DNA of 64,000 bases from an uncultured Pseudomonadota bacterium. GTDB taxonomy: Bacteria > Pseudomonadota > Gammaproteobacteria > Natronospirales > REEB76. Positions 8,462 through 17,632 of the stretch are shown one piece after another. Location: assembly GCA_963817285.1 (NCBI GenBank), contig CAWFOE010000019.1, positions 3,693 through 67,692 on the forward strand. The letters are read 5' to 3'. Both the position numbers and the translations under genes were made by a program. The notes beneath the pieces are model-generated. The model saw nothing but the letters and a program-made list of their open reading frames with translations, searched no databases and had not been told where the DNA came from. Each line of letters starts with the position of its first letter. Positions within the stretch are counted from its first letter, which is position 1.

Positions 8462-9838
8462 ATGCTGAAAAAATATCTCGATAGCTTCTCGCAAAATGTC
8501 TGGCAGCAGGACGTCTACAAGATGTCCCGCTCCCGCCGCATCCTCATCTTCTGGGTGCGCATGCTGCATGTGGTCAGCGTAGAGGTCATCAACGGCAACC
8601 TGCGCCTGCGAGCCCTCGGCCTCGTGTACACCTCCATCCTCTCCCTGGTGCCGCTCATGGCCTTCGCCTTCGCGGTGCTGAAGGGCTTCGGCGTGCAGAA
8701 CAAGCTGCAACCCCTGCTGCTCAACCTCTTCTCGGCCCTGGGGCCGAAGGGTGTCGAGATCACCGGCAAAGTCATCGATTTCGTGAACAACGTGAAGGCC
8801 GGTGTGCTGGGCACCTTGGGCCTCGTCATGTTGCTCTTCACCGTCGTCACCCTGGTGCGCAAGGTGGAAGAAGCCTTCAACGTGGTGTGGCGCGTGCGTG
8901 AGCCCCGCAGCCTCACGGAAGGGTTCGGCCATTACATCAGCGTCATCATGATCGGCCCCCTGCTCCTGGTCACCGCGCTCGGCCTCACGGCCACCATCAG
9001 CAGCCCCACGGCCGTGGCCCATATCACCGATTTCGCGCCGGTGGGCGTCATCTTGGTGGCCTGCGCGAAGCTCTTGCCTTATCTCTTCGTGATCGCTGCC
9101 TTCACCTTCATCTACATGTTCGTGCCCCACACCCATGTGCAGCTGCGCGCCGCCTTCACCGGCGCGGTGTTCGCCGGCATCCTGTGGGAACTCTCCGGCT
9201 GGGCCTTCGCCACCTTGAGCGTGAGTTCGACCCGCCTCACGGCCATCTATTCCGGTTTTGCCATCCTCGTGATGTTCATGATCTGGCTGTACGTGAGCTG
9301 GACCATCGTGCTGGTGGGTTCCCTGGTGGCCTTCTACGCTCAGAACCCGGAGCTGGTGCGTTATGGCCTCAAGCGCGGTGAAGTGGGTGGCCGCACCATG
9401 GAACGGGTGGCCCTGCACATCATGTACCTCGTCGGCCGCGCCTATGAAGAGAACCATACTCCCTGGTCCCGGGAGCAGCTGGCCCGACGCCTGCACCTGC
9501 CCACGGACCTCATCCTGGACGTACTGGATCGCTTGAAGCAGCGCGGTCTCGTCATGCTCGTCTCCGGCAAGATCCGCCGCTATGTGCCCGCCCGTGACAT
9601 GGGCACCATCGCCCTCAGTGAAGTGGTGTTGGCGGTGCGGCAGAACCATAGCAAGCATGGTGACGCGGATCGCCACATGAAGACCGTCACTCAGCCGGAA
9701 GAAGTCATCCAGCGGCTGGATATCGCCATCAACGAGGCCTTGGGGGATCAGACTCTCAAGGGATTCATTGGGATGGGGGAGCCGGCGGAGTTAGAGACGA
9801 AGACTGTTTTGTTGGCTCGTCAAAGCTACAAAAAATAA
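8462..9838 (+). CDS. YihY/BrkB (virulence factor BrkB) family inner-membrane protein with a C-terminal soluble extension
   Basis: 458 aa. The N-terminus RLRALGLVYTSILSLVPLMAFAFAVLKGFG and 6 TM helices are typical of the YihY family. About 130 aa of extra C-terminus follow. Confidence 0.8.
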   Translation: MLKKYLDSFSQNVWQQDVYKMSRSRRILIFWVRMLHVVSVEVINGNLRLRALGLVYTSILSLVPLMAFAFAVLKGFGVQNKLQPLLLNLFSALGPKGVEITGKVIDFVNNVKAGVLGTLGLVMLLFTVVTLVRKVEEAFNVVWRVREPRSLTEGFGHYISVIMIGPLLLVTALGLTATISSPTAVAHITDFAPVGVILVACAKLLPYLFVIAAFTFIYMFVPHTHVQLRAAFTGAVFAGILWELSGWAFATLSVSSTRLTAIYSGFAILVMFMIWLYVSWTIVLVGSLVAFYAQNPELVRYGLKRGEVGGRTMERVALHIMYLVGRAYEENHTPWSREQLARRLHLPTDLILDVLDRLKQRGLVMLVSGKIRRYVPARDMGTIALSEVVLAVRQNHSKHGDADRHMKTVTQPEEVIQRLDIAINEALGDQTLKGFIGMGEPAELETKTVLLARQSYKK

Positions 9839-9998
9839 ACGGTTCTTTTGTCTTTGGTATTACGGCAGCTCGGCCATCTCGCTGCGCTATCCTCGGCAAC
9901 TGCTCCTGCGTTGCTCTACCTCCTGTATCTCTACAGTCGTGCTTCGCTCATGGTCCAGGGTTGCCATCCTGGCAACCCGCTGGCTACATGCAACCAGC

Positions 9999-10025
9999 CC
10001 TCACGTACACAAGAGTACGCTCCGG
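9999..10025. repeat. 27-nt core repeat, inverted copy of 310-336
   Basis: CCTCACGTACACAAGAGTACGCTCCGG is the exact reverse complement of CCGGAGCGTACTCTTGTGTACGTGAGG at 310-336. It lies in the intergenic gap at the left border of the AT-rich island. Confidence 0.7.
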
Positions 10026-10083
10026 GGTTCTCGGGAATTTTTACCTAGCCAGTGAATAAAATCTTCAATTTTTAAGGGCATCT

Positions 10084-11826
10084 CTAGCTGTTCAAATAAC
10101 CCATTTCTGCCGATTTTAAAAATCGACTTGGCGCTGCTTGTCTGTAGTACATCCGAAGTACCTTCTTTGCGCGAGTAACTCCGACATAAAATAATCTCCT
10201 GGCCTCGTCCGGATTTCCATAAGAGTGAGGCAATAACCCTTCTTCACAACCAATAATTGCAACAGCATCATATTCAGCACCCTTAGCAGCATGTATCGTC
10301 ATTAATCTAACGGCATCACCGGAATCAGCGAATTCCCCAAGAATGCTGATATCTCGTGTTAGGCCCTGTTTTTCATCTCGGTTTATAGAGACAATCATCC
10401 CCTCTATATATTCAGAGAATTTGTTCGATAGTTCCTTGGATTGCCACGCCCCATCTATAGGAATTCCCTCCAACCCACCAGAAAACTCTCTTAGCCAACC
10501 CAATACAGTTCTATCAGTCTTTAGCGCCCGCATTGCAATGTCTTCCAAAATGACAGCAAGCATCTGCATTTCATAACCATACATAGAGAAATATTTCGTA
10601 GCATCCATAGAAGTTAAAGTGTTATACAACGCCCAAAGCACTCGCCTATTATCTATATGAATGTCACATGCCCGCGCCACCAGAACTTCAATTAAATAAG
10701 CTACTTCAGTTCTTCTATAGGGCCTTGCGCCAGCGCCCGTTACACGAATACCGCGATGCCTGAGTGCTTCACCTATACCCCATAGGCCCCACCACTGAGG
10801 CCCCAATACAGCGGCCTTACCACGCGGGATGCCTTGCCTATCTACCTCGGGTAAGAAATCATCGCAAATCGCATCAACATAAGTGGTCACCGATGCTGCG
10901 CTGGGTAAATCGGGGTACCCCAAATCAAGCCCAACTCCGACCATGGGTTTTTTCCCCTGCAGTAATCTATTTGCAGCATCTACAATAAGTGCAGAAGATC
11001 GGTAATTTTCAGATATAACCAAATCTGTTCTCGCCCCAACGTCCCCAGAGAATTGATCGAATAATTCTGGCCTAGCTCCAGCAAATCCGTAAATGGACTG
11101 TCTTTTATCCCCCACTATGCAGAATCTAGAATAACCACATTCAGCTATCTTCCTTAGTAGTTCAACTTGAATATCAGTTGTATCTTGGAATTCGTCGACC
11201 ATGATCCAGGCGAATTTATTTGATATTTTTTCGGCCACTGAGGGCTGTTGCTTAACTATCTTGAGAGAAAGATAAAGAACGAGGGGGAATATAATTGCCT
11301 TATCGCGCCGTATTCTTTTAATAAATTCTTTTCTAGCCTTTTCTGGGATTCTATCGCCACCCTGCGGCATGCCATCAATACCAATGGTTATTGACTGAAA
11401 TTGCTCTCTAACTCTAGCCTCCAACCCATGGTCGCGAATAATTTCAGCCACAGTATTTCTAAACCAATCAGAGTCGGGTGGCGCTAAATTAAGTTTTGGC
11501 TTAGCCCATTCACCCAATAAACCCGCATGGGGTCTAAGTATGTGATTTAAACAAAATGAATGAATTGTGCATATTTCTACACGCTCAACATCTTCTGCCG
11601 TAGCCGCTGCACTTAATCTAGTCTCTATTTCATTGATTCCGGTGTTTGTATAAGTTATGCAAAGGATATCCCGCGAAGTTTTGCGGACATGCGGGAGCTC
11701 CAGCAATATTTTGGCGATCATGGTTCTAGTCTTACCGCTGCCAGCACATGCTTCAATGGCAAGAGAGTCATTGCAGGACGCACACAAATATTGCTGTGGT
11801 GATAATTTCATTTCTCGACCAGCCAT
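10084..11826 (-). CDS. gajB: UvrD/PcrA/Rep-like superfamily 1 helicase, Gabija GajB-like
   Basis: 580 aa with Walker A (EACAGSGKTRT), motif II (VDEFQDT), motif V (TIHAAKGAEYDAV) and motif VI (LFYVGVTRAKKVL). An alternative start at 11811 (MKLSPQQ) forms an ATGA overlap with the stop of the upstream OLD nuclease. AT-rich. Confidence 0.75.
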   Translation of the reverse strand: MAGREMKLSPQQYLCASCNDSLAIEACAGSGKTRTMIAKILLELPHVRKTSRDILCITYTNTGINEIETRLSAAATAEDVERVEICTIHSFCLNHILRPHAGLLGEWAKPKLNLAPPDSDWFRNTVAEIIRDHGLEARVREQFQSITIGIDGMPQGGDRIPEKARKEFIKRIRRDKAIIFPLVLYLSLKIVKQQPSVAEKISNKFAWIMVDEFQDTTDIQVELLRKIAECGYSRFCIVGDKRQSIYGFAGARPELFDQFSGDVGARTDLVISENYRSSALIVDAANRLLQGKKPMVGVGLDLGYPDLPSAASVTTYVDAICDDFLPEVDRQGIPRGKAAVLGPQWWGLWGIGEALRHRGIRVTGAGARPYRRTEVAYLIEVLVARACDIHIDNRRVLWALYNTLTSMDATKYFSMYGYEMQMLAVILEDIAMRALKTDRTVLGWLREFSGGLEGIPIDGAWQSKELSNKFSEYIEGMIVSINRDEKQGLTRDISILGEFADSGDAVRLMTIHAAKGAEYDAVAIIGCEEGLLPHSYGNPDEARRLFYVGVTRAKKVLRMYYRQAAPSRFLKSAEMGYLNS

Positions 11827-13619
11827 TTAACAGCCGCAGAAATATACTCCGGCAATTCGGCGCTGTCACTTATTTTTCTGGATGCAATTTGAGCGAACCG
11901 AGCCTTACCAAAGCGTTTAGCTGTATTTAATATTTTTCCGCCAGCCTCAATGAGAATTTCATATTTCTTCTCTGGATCTTCCTCGGTATCTATCTGTTTT
12001 TTCCATGCTCGTAATTTTTTAGCTATTTTCGGCGCGCCCAGCTCTTCTGATACCTCGGAAAATAAATCTAAATTCCCAGGTAGCGCCAACTCTCTCTCTA
12101 AAGTTGTATTGCAAACAAATGATTTAACGAAAGCGTTCTCAACCCCAGAATATGTTCTAATTTCATGATCGGGCAAATCATTATCCATCACATCTGCACT
12201 TCCGTCAGAAGGAACAGCGTCGCCATCAGCAACAATGGCGCATCTTTTCCGGATAGCATTTTCACCAAATAAACCTGCGTATTCTTCGAAATGCACTCCG
12301 TGAATCGCAACTATAGATATTCCATGCCTATCTAAATCAATTCCTAGTGCTTTCTTAATTAATGGAGGCAATAAAAACACTTCGGCCGGCCCTTCGACTA
12401 GCAATACACGCCGCGCGTATAGAAGAACACTTCTCGTCGCATCAAGATATCGTTCAATATCTAGTTTTCCCTGAGTATTAATTGGCAGCTTCGCGCCGGA
12501 AATAACGTGAGACCAAGCCTCATTTACATTCGACATTATTACTTGATTATCAATGCCGCATTGCGAAGATATATGAGTGCTATGAGTGGTAGTGATAACT
12601 TGAAATCCAAGAACTTTTAGCGATTCAAACAAAACCCTTTGCAATTGTGGGTGCAAATGCGCTTCTGGCTCTTCAATTAACAAAAGATTACCAGCAGACT
12701 GGCCAGTCGAAATACGTCGCTTGAAGTAACTTATAAGCATGCTTACATACAGCACGTTATTCAGCCCTAGACCATTCTGGGATATAGAGTAATTCTTGTG
12801 ATTTTCCGTACTTAGGATAAGCTCGAGCGCTCTTGCAATTGCGCTGAAGTCGGCAGCGCTCATGCCAAGCTGTGTATCAAACGAGAAAGTATCCCCAGCG
12901 GCATTATATAAAGACTGATGAATTTCTTTCGCAAGTGCGGCAACGCTTGGGCTCACAGAAATTTTATCGTTTGCGTTAGTTAACACATTAACTAATTCAT
13001 TCTTATCCGTCTCCGAAATGGCTCCTGCTTCAATTAGTTTGACTAAGGGCGAGAACCTTGATTGCTTCAATTTTGTTTCTACATCCCTTAATGCTTCCAT
13101 AAATACAACGATAAAATTCTGGTTTATCAAATCAAACCTTACAGATCTTCCATAATCGTCTTTCCAAGTAACATCTGTAGGATCTGAATCACCTCCACCA
13201 ACCAACTCCCAATGATAATCATCAATTACCAGCCCTACCCCTGGATGCTCGCCGGATTCAATCGCAGTACGAATTTCTGCTCGCGGGCGAAATCGGTAAC
13301 TCAATCGCGCCGTTAAATCATCAACCTCACACAAGTAAAGAGTCGCGCGCTCGTCCTTCGTTCCCTTAAAATCGCCGAATTCAATGCTTATAAAAATCTC
13401 ACATGGATTAGAGGGGTTAACGCCCATTGAGAAATCTGTCGCGCTGAGACTCCGATTTTGAGATGAGAAGCCTGGATCTAAAACCAGTCTCAATGCATTT
13501 AGAAAATTACTCTTTCCAACGTTATTTTCCCCAATTACGCAGGTAACGCCCTTACTAACTGGTATATCAATAGAAAGAATATTTCTGAAATTACGGACCA
13601 CAATTCTTTTAATGTACAT
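11808..13619 (-). CDS. gajA: OLD-family ATP-dependent endonuclease (ABC-type ATPase plus Toprim), Gabija GajA-like
   Basis: 603 aa with Walker A (GENNVGKSNFLNAL), signature-like SQNGLGLNNVL, Walker B (LLLIEEPEAHLHPQLQ) and Toprim (VLLVEGPAEVF...CAIVADGDA). It is paired with a UvrD-like helicase, the class 2 OLD / Gabija architecture. Confidence 0.8.
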   Translation of the reverse strand: MYIKRIVVRNFRNILSIDIPVSKGVTCVIGENNVGKSNFLNALRLVLDPGFSSQNRSLSATDFSMGVNPSNPCEIFISIEFGDFKGTKDERATLYLCEVDDLTARLSYRFRPRAEIRTAIESGEHPGVGLVIDDYHWELVGGGDSDPTDVTWKDDYGRSVRFDLINQNFIVVFMEALRDVETKLKQSRFSPLVKLIEAGAISETDKNELVNVLTNANDKISVSPSVAALAKEIHQSLYNAAGDTFSFDTQLGMSAADFSAIARALELILSTENHKNYSISQNGLGLNNVLYVSMLISYFKRRISTGQSAGNLLLIEEPEAHLHPQLQRVLFESLKVLGFQVITTTHSTHISSQCGIDNQVIMSNVNEAWSHVISGAKLPINTQGKLDIERYLDATRSVLLYARRVLLVEGPAEVFLLPPLIKKALGIDLDRHGISIVAIHGVHFEEYAGLFGENAIRKRCAIVADGDAVPSDGSADVMDNDLPDHEIRTYSGVENAFVKSFVCNTTLERELALPGNLDLFSEVSEELGAPKIAKKLRAWKKQIDTEEDPEKKYEILIEAGGKILNTAKRFGKARFAQIASRKISDSAELPEYISAAVKWLVEK

Positions 13620-13710
13620 ATGCCCACCCTGGCAGCACGTAACAAATTAAGGTCATCGACCATAATCCAATGCTATTGAGTTCCTCAAACTTGAGAGCGC
13701 TAATGATAAA

Positions 13711-14355
13711 TCACTGAATCTCAAACCCTGCGTTCCGCAACTCTTCTGCGAACTGAAAAATGAAGAAGTCCCTGAAGTTTTTCAATTTTTCTTTATTTTC
13801 AGTAATTTCTTGAATTTGAAATTGAAGTGCAACCCTAACTTCGCTTAATAAATAAGTGGGGTTCACCCTGATGCCACTGTCCATTAACTCAACCGCAGCT
13901 TTGGATTCCAATGAAAGCTCCAATCCATTTTTTGCTCTAGCTTCATGCACCAAACCATTCCTATATCCTTCCCAAAGCATCTCAGCGTAGCCCTGTTTTC
14001 TAAAACTCTCTAATCTGTCACGGCAATAGTTCTTAAATCTCGTATTCACCGCAGCCCGTTGATCTTCGACTTTTGCCAATGCGTCAATCGCACAAAATAT
14101 CAGCACGCCCGCGGCAAATGCATGTCCACTTTCTATGAGTTCTTCAGCCGGCTTGAGATAGAACCCTTCAACTCTCAATGAATATTGACTCGGCAGCCTG
14201 TGAGCGCTTATATCTAAATCAGAAAATGCTACGCGTGGCGCAAAGTGAAGAGTGTCCCCTATCTTCATAGGGTGAGCCTGTGATATTGGCCGACCTGATG
14301 ATTTGAAATTGATTTCATCGAAAGCATCCCTGTCTCCATCACGCCTTGCGCGCAC
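13711..14355 (-). CDS. hypothetical protein with R-N-x3-H (HEPN-like) motif; the likelier start is MKIGDTLHF at 14268
   Basis: 214-aa ORF (185 aa from the internal start). It is AT-rich like the Gabija pair and lies 91 nt upstream on the same strand. Predicted mostly helical; contains WEGYRNGLVHEARAKNG. I recognise no other family. Confidence 0.5.
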   Translation of the reverse strand: MRARRDGDRDAFDEINFKSSGRPISQAHPMKIGDTLHFAPRVAFSDLDISAHRLPSQYSLRVEGFYLKPAEELIESGHAFAAGVLIFCAIDALAKVEDQRAAVNTRFKNYCRDRLESFRKQGYAEMLWEGYRNGLVHEARAKNGLELSLESKAAVELMDSGIRVNPTYLLSEVRVALQFQIQEITENKEKLKNFRDFFIFQFAEELRNAGFEIQ

Positions 14356-14418
14356 GGAATAGTCCTTAACCCCGACCAGAGTCTACGCCTGGAATCCTTG
14401 GCTTGCAGACATGGGAAT

Positions 14419-15105
14419 TTATTCCCTGTAGGAAGGCACCTTCGAGAGCTCCAGCATCACTTTCTGCTTGAGGGCTTCGGTGTTATCGCTGTTCTGCTCC
14501 GAGGTGGCTTTCGGGTTTGTGTAGATCTTCTCCACGAAATGGAAACCCACGAGGTTCCCGCCCTTCTGGGCCGGGAAGAACTTGAAGACGTTGTAGATGA
14601 GGTAATGCGCTTTGAGGGCGGCGTCATCCCAGGCGATGAAATCCAGCGTCGCCGTGCCGTCTTTGTTGGTCAATACTTCGTAGTTCGCGTACGGGTAAGT
14701 CGCCTTGTAGCCACCCGCCACCTGGGTCGCATAGGCGGCAGTGGTGAGACCCTTCCCTGCCGTGGGATAGACCAGGAGCTCTACGAGCCGGGTCCAGGCC
14801 TTGCCGGATTCGTTCGGGAGGAAATACTCGCGCAGGGCCACGCCGTTGTCGTCACCGTGGTATTGCAGGGCGAAGATGCTGCCATCGAAGGTGATGGAAT
14901 TCGTCACGCTCGCGCTAGGCAGCGGCGGAGCCGGAGGCCTGCGTTTCACGAGGACGGTAGTCGGTTTGGGCGCTACCGTGGCGGGCGCAGGGGCTGCGAC
15001 CGGAGCAGGTGCGGGAGGCGGCGGGGGCGGTGGTTTGGGCGCGGAAGCGCAGCTGGCGACGAAGGCCAGCACAGCTACGATCGTGGATGATCCGAGGCTT
15101 CTCAT
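14419..15105 (-). CDS. lipoprotein with a long proline-rich linker and an uncharacterised C-terminal domain
   Basis: Start chosen at MRSLGSSTIVAVLAFVASC (lipobox-like FVASC). This is followed by APKPPPPPPPAPAPVAAPAPATVAPKPTT and a ~170-aa globular region. Confidence 0.6.
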   Translation of the reverse strand: MRSLGSSTIVAVLAFVASCASAPKPPPPPPPAPAPVAAPAPATVAPKPTTVLVKRRPPAPPLPSASVTNSITFDGSIFALQYHGDDNGVALREYFLPNESGKAWTRLVELLVYPTAGKGLTTAAYATQVAGGYKATYPYANYEVLTNKDGTATLDFIAWDDAALKAHYLIYNVFKFFPAQKGGNLVGFHFVEKIYTNPKATSEQNSDNTEALKQKVMLELSKVPSYRE

Positions 15106-15189
15106 CTCGCCCCTTATTTTTTGACGGGGTATCCCCAAGTCACCAAAGTGTACGCCTGTCATCAACCGGATAGCAGCGCCTAATCCAGA

Positions 15190-15945
15190 TCACTGTATAT
15201 AGTTCAGGCTGAATTCGTAGTGGTGGCTGATATTCCCTGCGAGAGCCACGGGCGGCAGCTTGGTATCCGCCACGCTCTTGATAACGGCCTGGTCTATCAC
15301 CGGGTTGCCGCTGGACTTGACGATCTTGATGTTTATCGGCGAACCGCTGCCGTCGTAATCGAAAGCGACGGTGGCAGTGCCGAAGACGGCCTGCCCATTG
15401 GTCGTGTTCTCCGTGTTCCGCGTCCGCATCAGCTCGGTCTGCAGGACCATATAGAAGACTTCTTCCTGGCCTCCCCGGCTCACCATGGCTTTCTTGTAGA
15501 AATCCCCGGTCTCCGGCAGGTTGCAGGGCACACCGAGGCAGTAATAGTAGAGATACCAAAGATCAGCGGCGGCGATGTCGCTGCCTTGGTCCATGGCTTT
15601 GCGATCCCACTTGATGGCGCCCAGGTAGTTATTGAGGTGCAGCAGCATGAAATCCGCCAAGTGGATCTCACCTGAGACGTCGCCCTTGCCGGCAGCTTGT
15701 TGATAGAAGTCCTGGGCTTTGCCGTAATCCTGGGGCACGCCCTGTCCATATTCGTACATCTGCCCCAACTGCGTCTGAGCTTCTGCATCACCCTGTTGTG
15801 CCAGGGTCTCGATCTCATGCACTTTGGCTTCGCCGCCAGGATAGGGCGCGAGCGGCGCCGAGGCGCAGCCCACGAGACCGGCCAAGACGAGAATGATGGA
15901 CGATGAAGGTCGAGCACATCGCCCGAAGAAGCGTTGCCGGTCCAT
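15190..15945 (-). CDS. lipoprotein with Sel1 repeats plus a TonB C-terminal-like domain (paralog 1)
   Basis: Start at MDRQRFF...ILVLAGLVGC (lipobox). Sel1-type repeats: GDAEAQTQLGQMYEYGQGVPQDYGKAQDFYQQAA. The C-terminus GTATVAFDYDGSGSPINIKIVKSSGNPVIDQAVIKSVADTKLPP matches the TonB_C pattern. Confidence 0.7.
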   Translation of the reverse strand: MDRQRFFGRCARPSSSIILVLAGLVGCASAPLAPYPGGEAKVHEIETLAQQGDAEAQTQLGQMYEYGQGVPQDYGKAQDFYQQAAGKGDVSGEIHLADFMLLHLNNYLGAIKWDRKAMDQGSDIAAADLWYLYYYCLGVPCNLPETGDFYKKAMVSRGGQEEVFYMVLQTELMRTRNTENTTNGQAVFGTATVAFDYDGSGSPINIKIVKSSGNPVIDQAVIKSVADTKLPPVALAGNISHHYEFSLNYIQ

Positions 15946-16044
15946 GACTTCGATCCCCTTTTGGATCACTCCGCGTCTTGTGTGCGCGAGCATCCTATCC
16001 CGATTCCCTTTCAGCGCCCAAGCTCACTTAGACCCATCGGGCTA

Positions 16045-16686
16045 TTAGAAGTGCACCTGCGCTGCGAGGTAAGCATAGTTCACATTACCGCTGCCGATGG
16101 TCTTGCTATCGCCGACGTTGCGGTATTGGTTATAACCCAGGCGCACGCTCCAGGTCTCAGAGAAATCGAACTGCAGTCCGGCGCCGGCGTCGTAGCTCGA
16201 GTTGGTCTTGGTCTGGTCCACGAAGACGAATTCCGACGACCCTGTCCCGGTACCTACGATCACTTCCTCCAAGCTCGAGGTGATGAGGCCCGCCTTGGCG
16301 TACACACTGACGGTGTCACCGAAGGGGTAAGCCACCACCGCATCCAGGCCGACGCCTTCCAGCTTGAACTTCGCTTGCACCTCGTCATTGGGCACGACGG
16401 GCAGCAGGTTGCTGTTGTTCGACCCCATGTCGAAGTCCTGTGCCTCAAGGGAGAAATACCGGTTGAAACGGTAGCCCCCGACGAACGACCACCCTGGGTT
16501 CCAAGCGCTGCCGACTATCGTGAAGCCCGTTTCCTGCTTGTAGAGGGTACGCGCACTGGCGAAGACGCTGCTGTAGTCGCTGACACCGGCCGTGGCGCCC
16601 AGGTACCAACCCGTCTGGTCCGCCATCGCCGCCGGCGCCATGAGCGCGAGCAGTACGCCGGGCATGAACCGATATGTCACCTTCAT
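16045..16686 (-). CDS. small outer-membrane beta-barrel protein (OmpA-like 8-strand / OMP_b-brl type)
   Basis: Start at MKVTYRFMPGVLLALMAPAAMA (signal peptide). It shows alternating hydrophobic beta-strand patterning and a terminal aromatic signature ...YAYLAAQVHF. Confidence 0.7.
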   Translation of the reverse strand: MKVTYRFMPGVLLALMAPAAMADQTGWYLGATAGVSDYSSVFASARTLYKQETGFTIVGSAWNPGWSFVGGYRFNRYFSLEAQDFDMGSNNSNLLPVVPNDEVQAKFKLEGVGLDAVVAYPFGDTVSVYAKAGLITSSLEEVIVGTGTGSSEFVFVDQTKTNSSYDAGAGLQFDFSETWSVRLGYNQYRNVGDSKTIGSGNVNYAYLAAQVHF

Positions 16687-16805
16687 CACTGAACCCCTTG
16701 AGATCGCCACTGAGCGCATATCTTATACGGCAACCCGCTCCCGGACTTATCTTGACCGGGATGAATTAATGATGCAGCGGACCCGCTCGCTGCTCATGCT
16801 CGGAG

Positions 16806-17561
16806 TCAATAAGGGCGGTTGAAATTCACCGCTATCAGGAAATGATGGATGTTGCTCATCGTGCTGGGTCTCTCGGGCAAGTCCGCTTTTTCGACCGCTT
16901 CGACCGCCGATTTATCCTCGAAATCGCTCCCTGATGACTTAAATACCGATACATCGGTGGCCTTGCCGCCGCCTGTGTACTCGAACTGGACGGTCGCGAC
17001 TCCTCCTGCCCGTGCAGCATGGGCAGCGGGGGAGAAATTGCTCTGGATACCGATCATCTTCTTCATATTAGCGGCGAAATCGAGGTTCGTCTTCTGGACC
17101 TCGGTGATGGGCTGTGCCGTGCGATAAAACTCATCAGCCTTTAACGCTCCTTCTGGCGTTCCCATATTCCATTTGCGCATGTACTCCAGATTCTGCTTCG
17201 CGACGACATTTCCTTGATCTGCGGATTTCTGGAACCAGGAGAGCGCACATGAATAATCAGAAAAACTGAAGAAACACAAATCGCCCAACCGAAATTGGGC
17301 CTCCGGATCCCCCTTCACGCCCAACTCCATATAAAGATCCCAAGCTTTTGCCAGGTTATAAACCTCTCCACCTGTACCGGTCACAAATAGGTGAGCGAGC
17401 TGCAATATTGCCTGTGGGTCATGTTTCCCATAGGCGTTGACCTCGAGTTTATGGAGAGGACTCTCGACAGGGGTGCCTGCGCAAGCCACAAGGGTCGAGA
17501 GAGCGATGAAATTGAAAGACAAGGATGCAAACCACGATGCCGCGGACCTTCTCCGATTCAT
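16806..17561 (-). CDS. lipoprotein with Sel1 repeats plus a TonB C-terminal-like domain (paralog 2)
   Basis: Start at MNRRRSAASWFASLSFNFIALSTLVAC (lipobox). Sel1-like segment: DPEAQFRLGDLCFF...SWFQKSADQGN. C-terminus: GGVATVQFEYTGGGKATDVSVFKSSGSDFEDKSAVEAVEKADLP. It is more AT-rich than its paralogs. Confidence 0.65.
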   Translation of the reverse strand: MNRRRSAASWFASLSFNFIALSTLVACAGTPVESPLHKLEVNAYGKHDPQAILQLAHLFVTGTGGEVYNLAKAWDLYMELGVKGDPEAQFRLGDLCFFSFSDYSCALSWFQKSADQGNVVAKQNLEYMRKWNMGTPEGALKADEFYRTAQPITEVQKTNLDFAANMKKMIGIQSNFSPAAHAARAGGVATVQFEYTGGGKATDVSVFKSSGSDFEDKSAVEAVEKADLPERPSTMSNIHHFLIAVNFNRPY

Positions 17562-17632
17562 TCCCCTATCCCTTTTATATATCAAGTCGACATGGTCGTC
17601 TGGAAATTCCGTCCCTGATTATCCCCGATTAT

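Noticed and set aside
8408-9676. 422-aa minus-strand ORF rich in His, Gly, Asp and Glu
   Set aside because: It is antisense to the well-supported YihY/BrkB gene. It has low-complexity composition and no recognisable motif. This is a typical stop-codon-poor antisense frame in GC-rich DNA.
9848-10048. 66-aa plus-strand ORF between yihY and gajB
   Set aside because: It lies within REP-like repeat sequence and has no RBS or family signal. It is most likely non-coding border DNA.
10033-14420. GGGAATTT at 10033-10040 and 14413-14420 as direct-repeat att sites flanking the AT-rich island
   Set aside because: At 8 nt it is too short to distinguish from chance. The right copy overlaps the stop codon of the neighbouring lipoprotein gene, and no integrase is present.
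14419-15105. Proline-rich lipoprotein as a bona fide TonB
   Set aside because: It has a lipoprotein signal rather than the TonB N-terminal TM helix with the SxxxH motif. Its C-terminal domain does not show the TonB_C pattern that the three neighbouring paralogs do.
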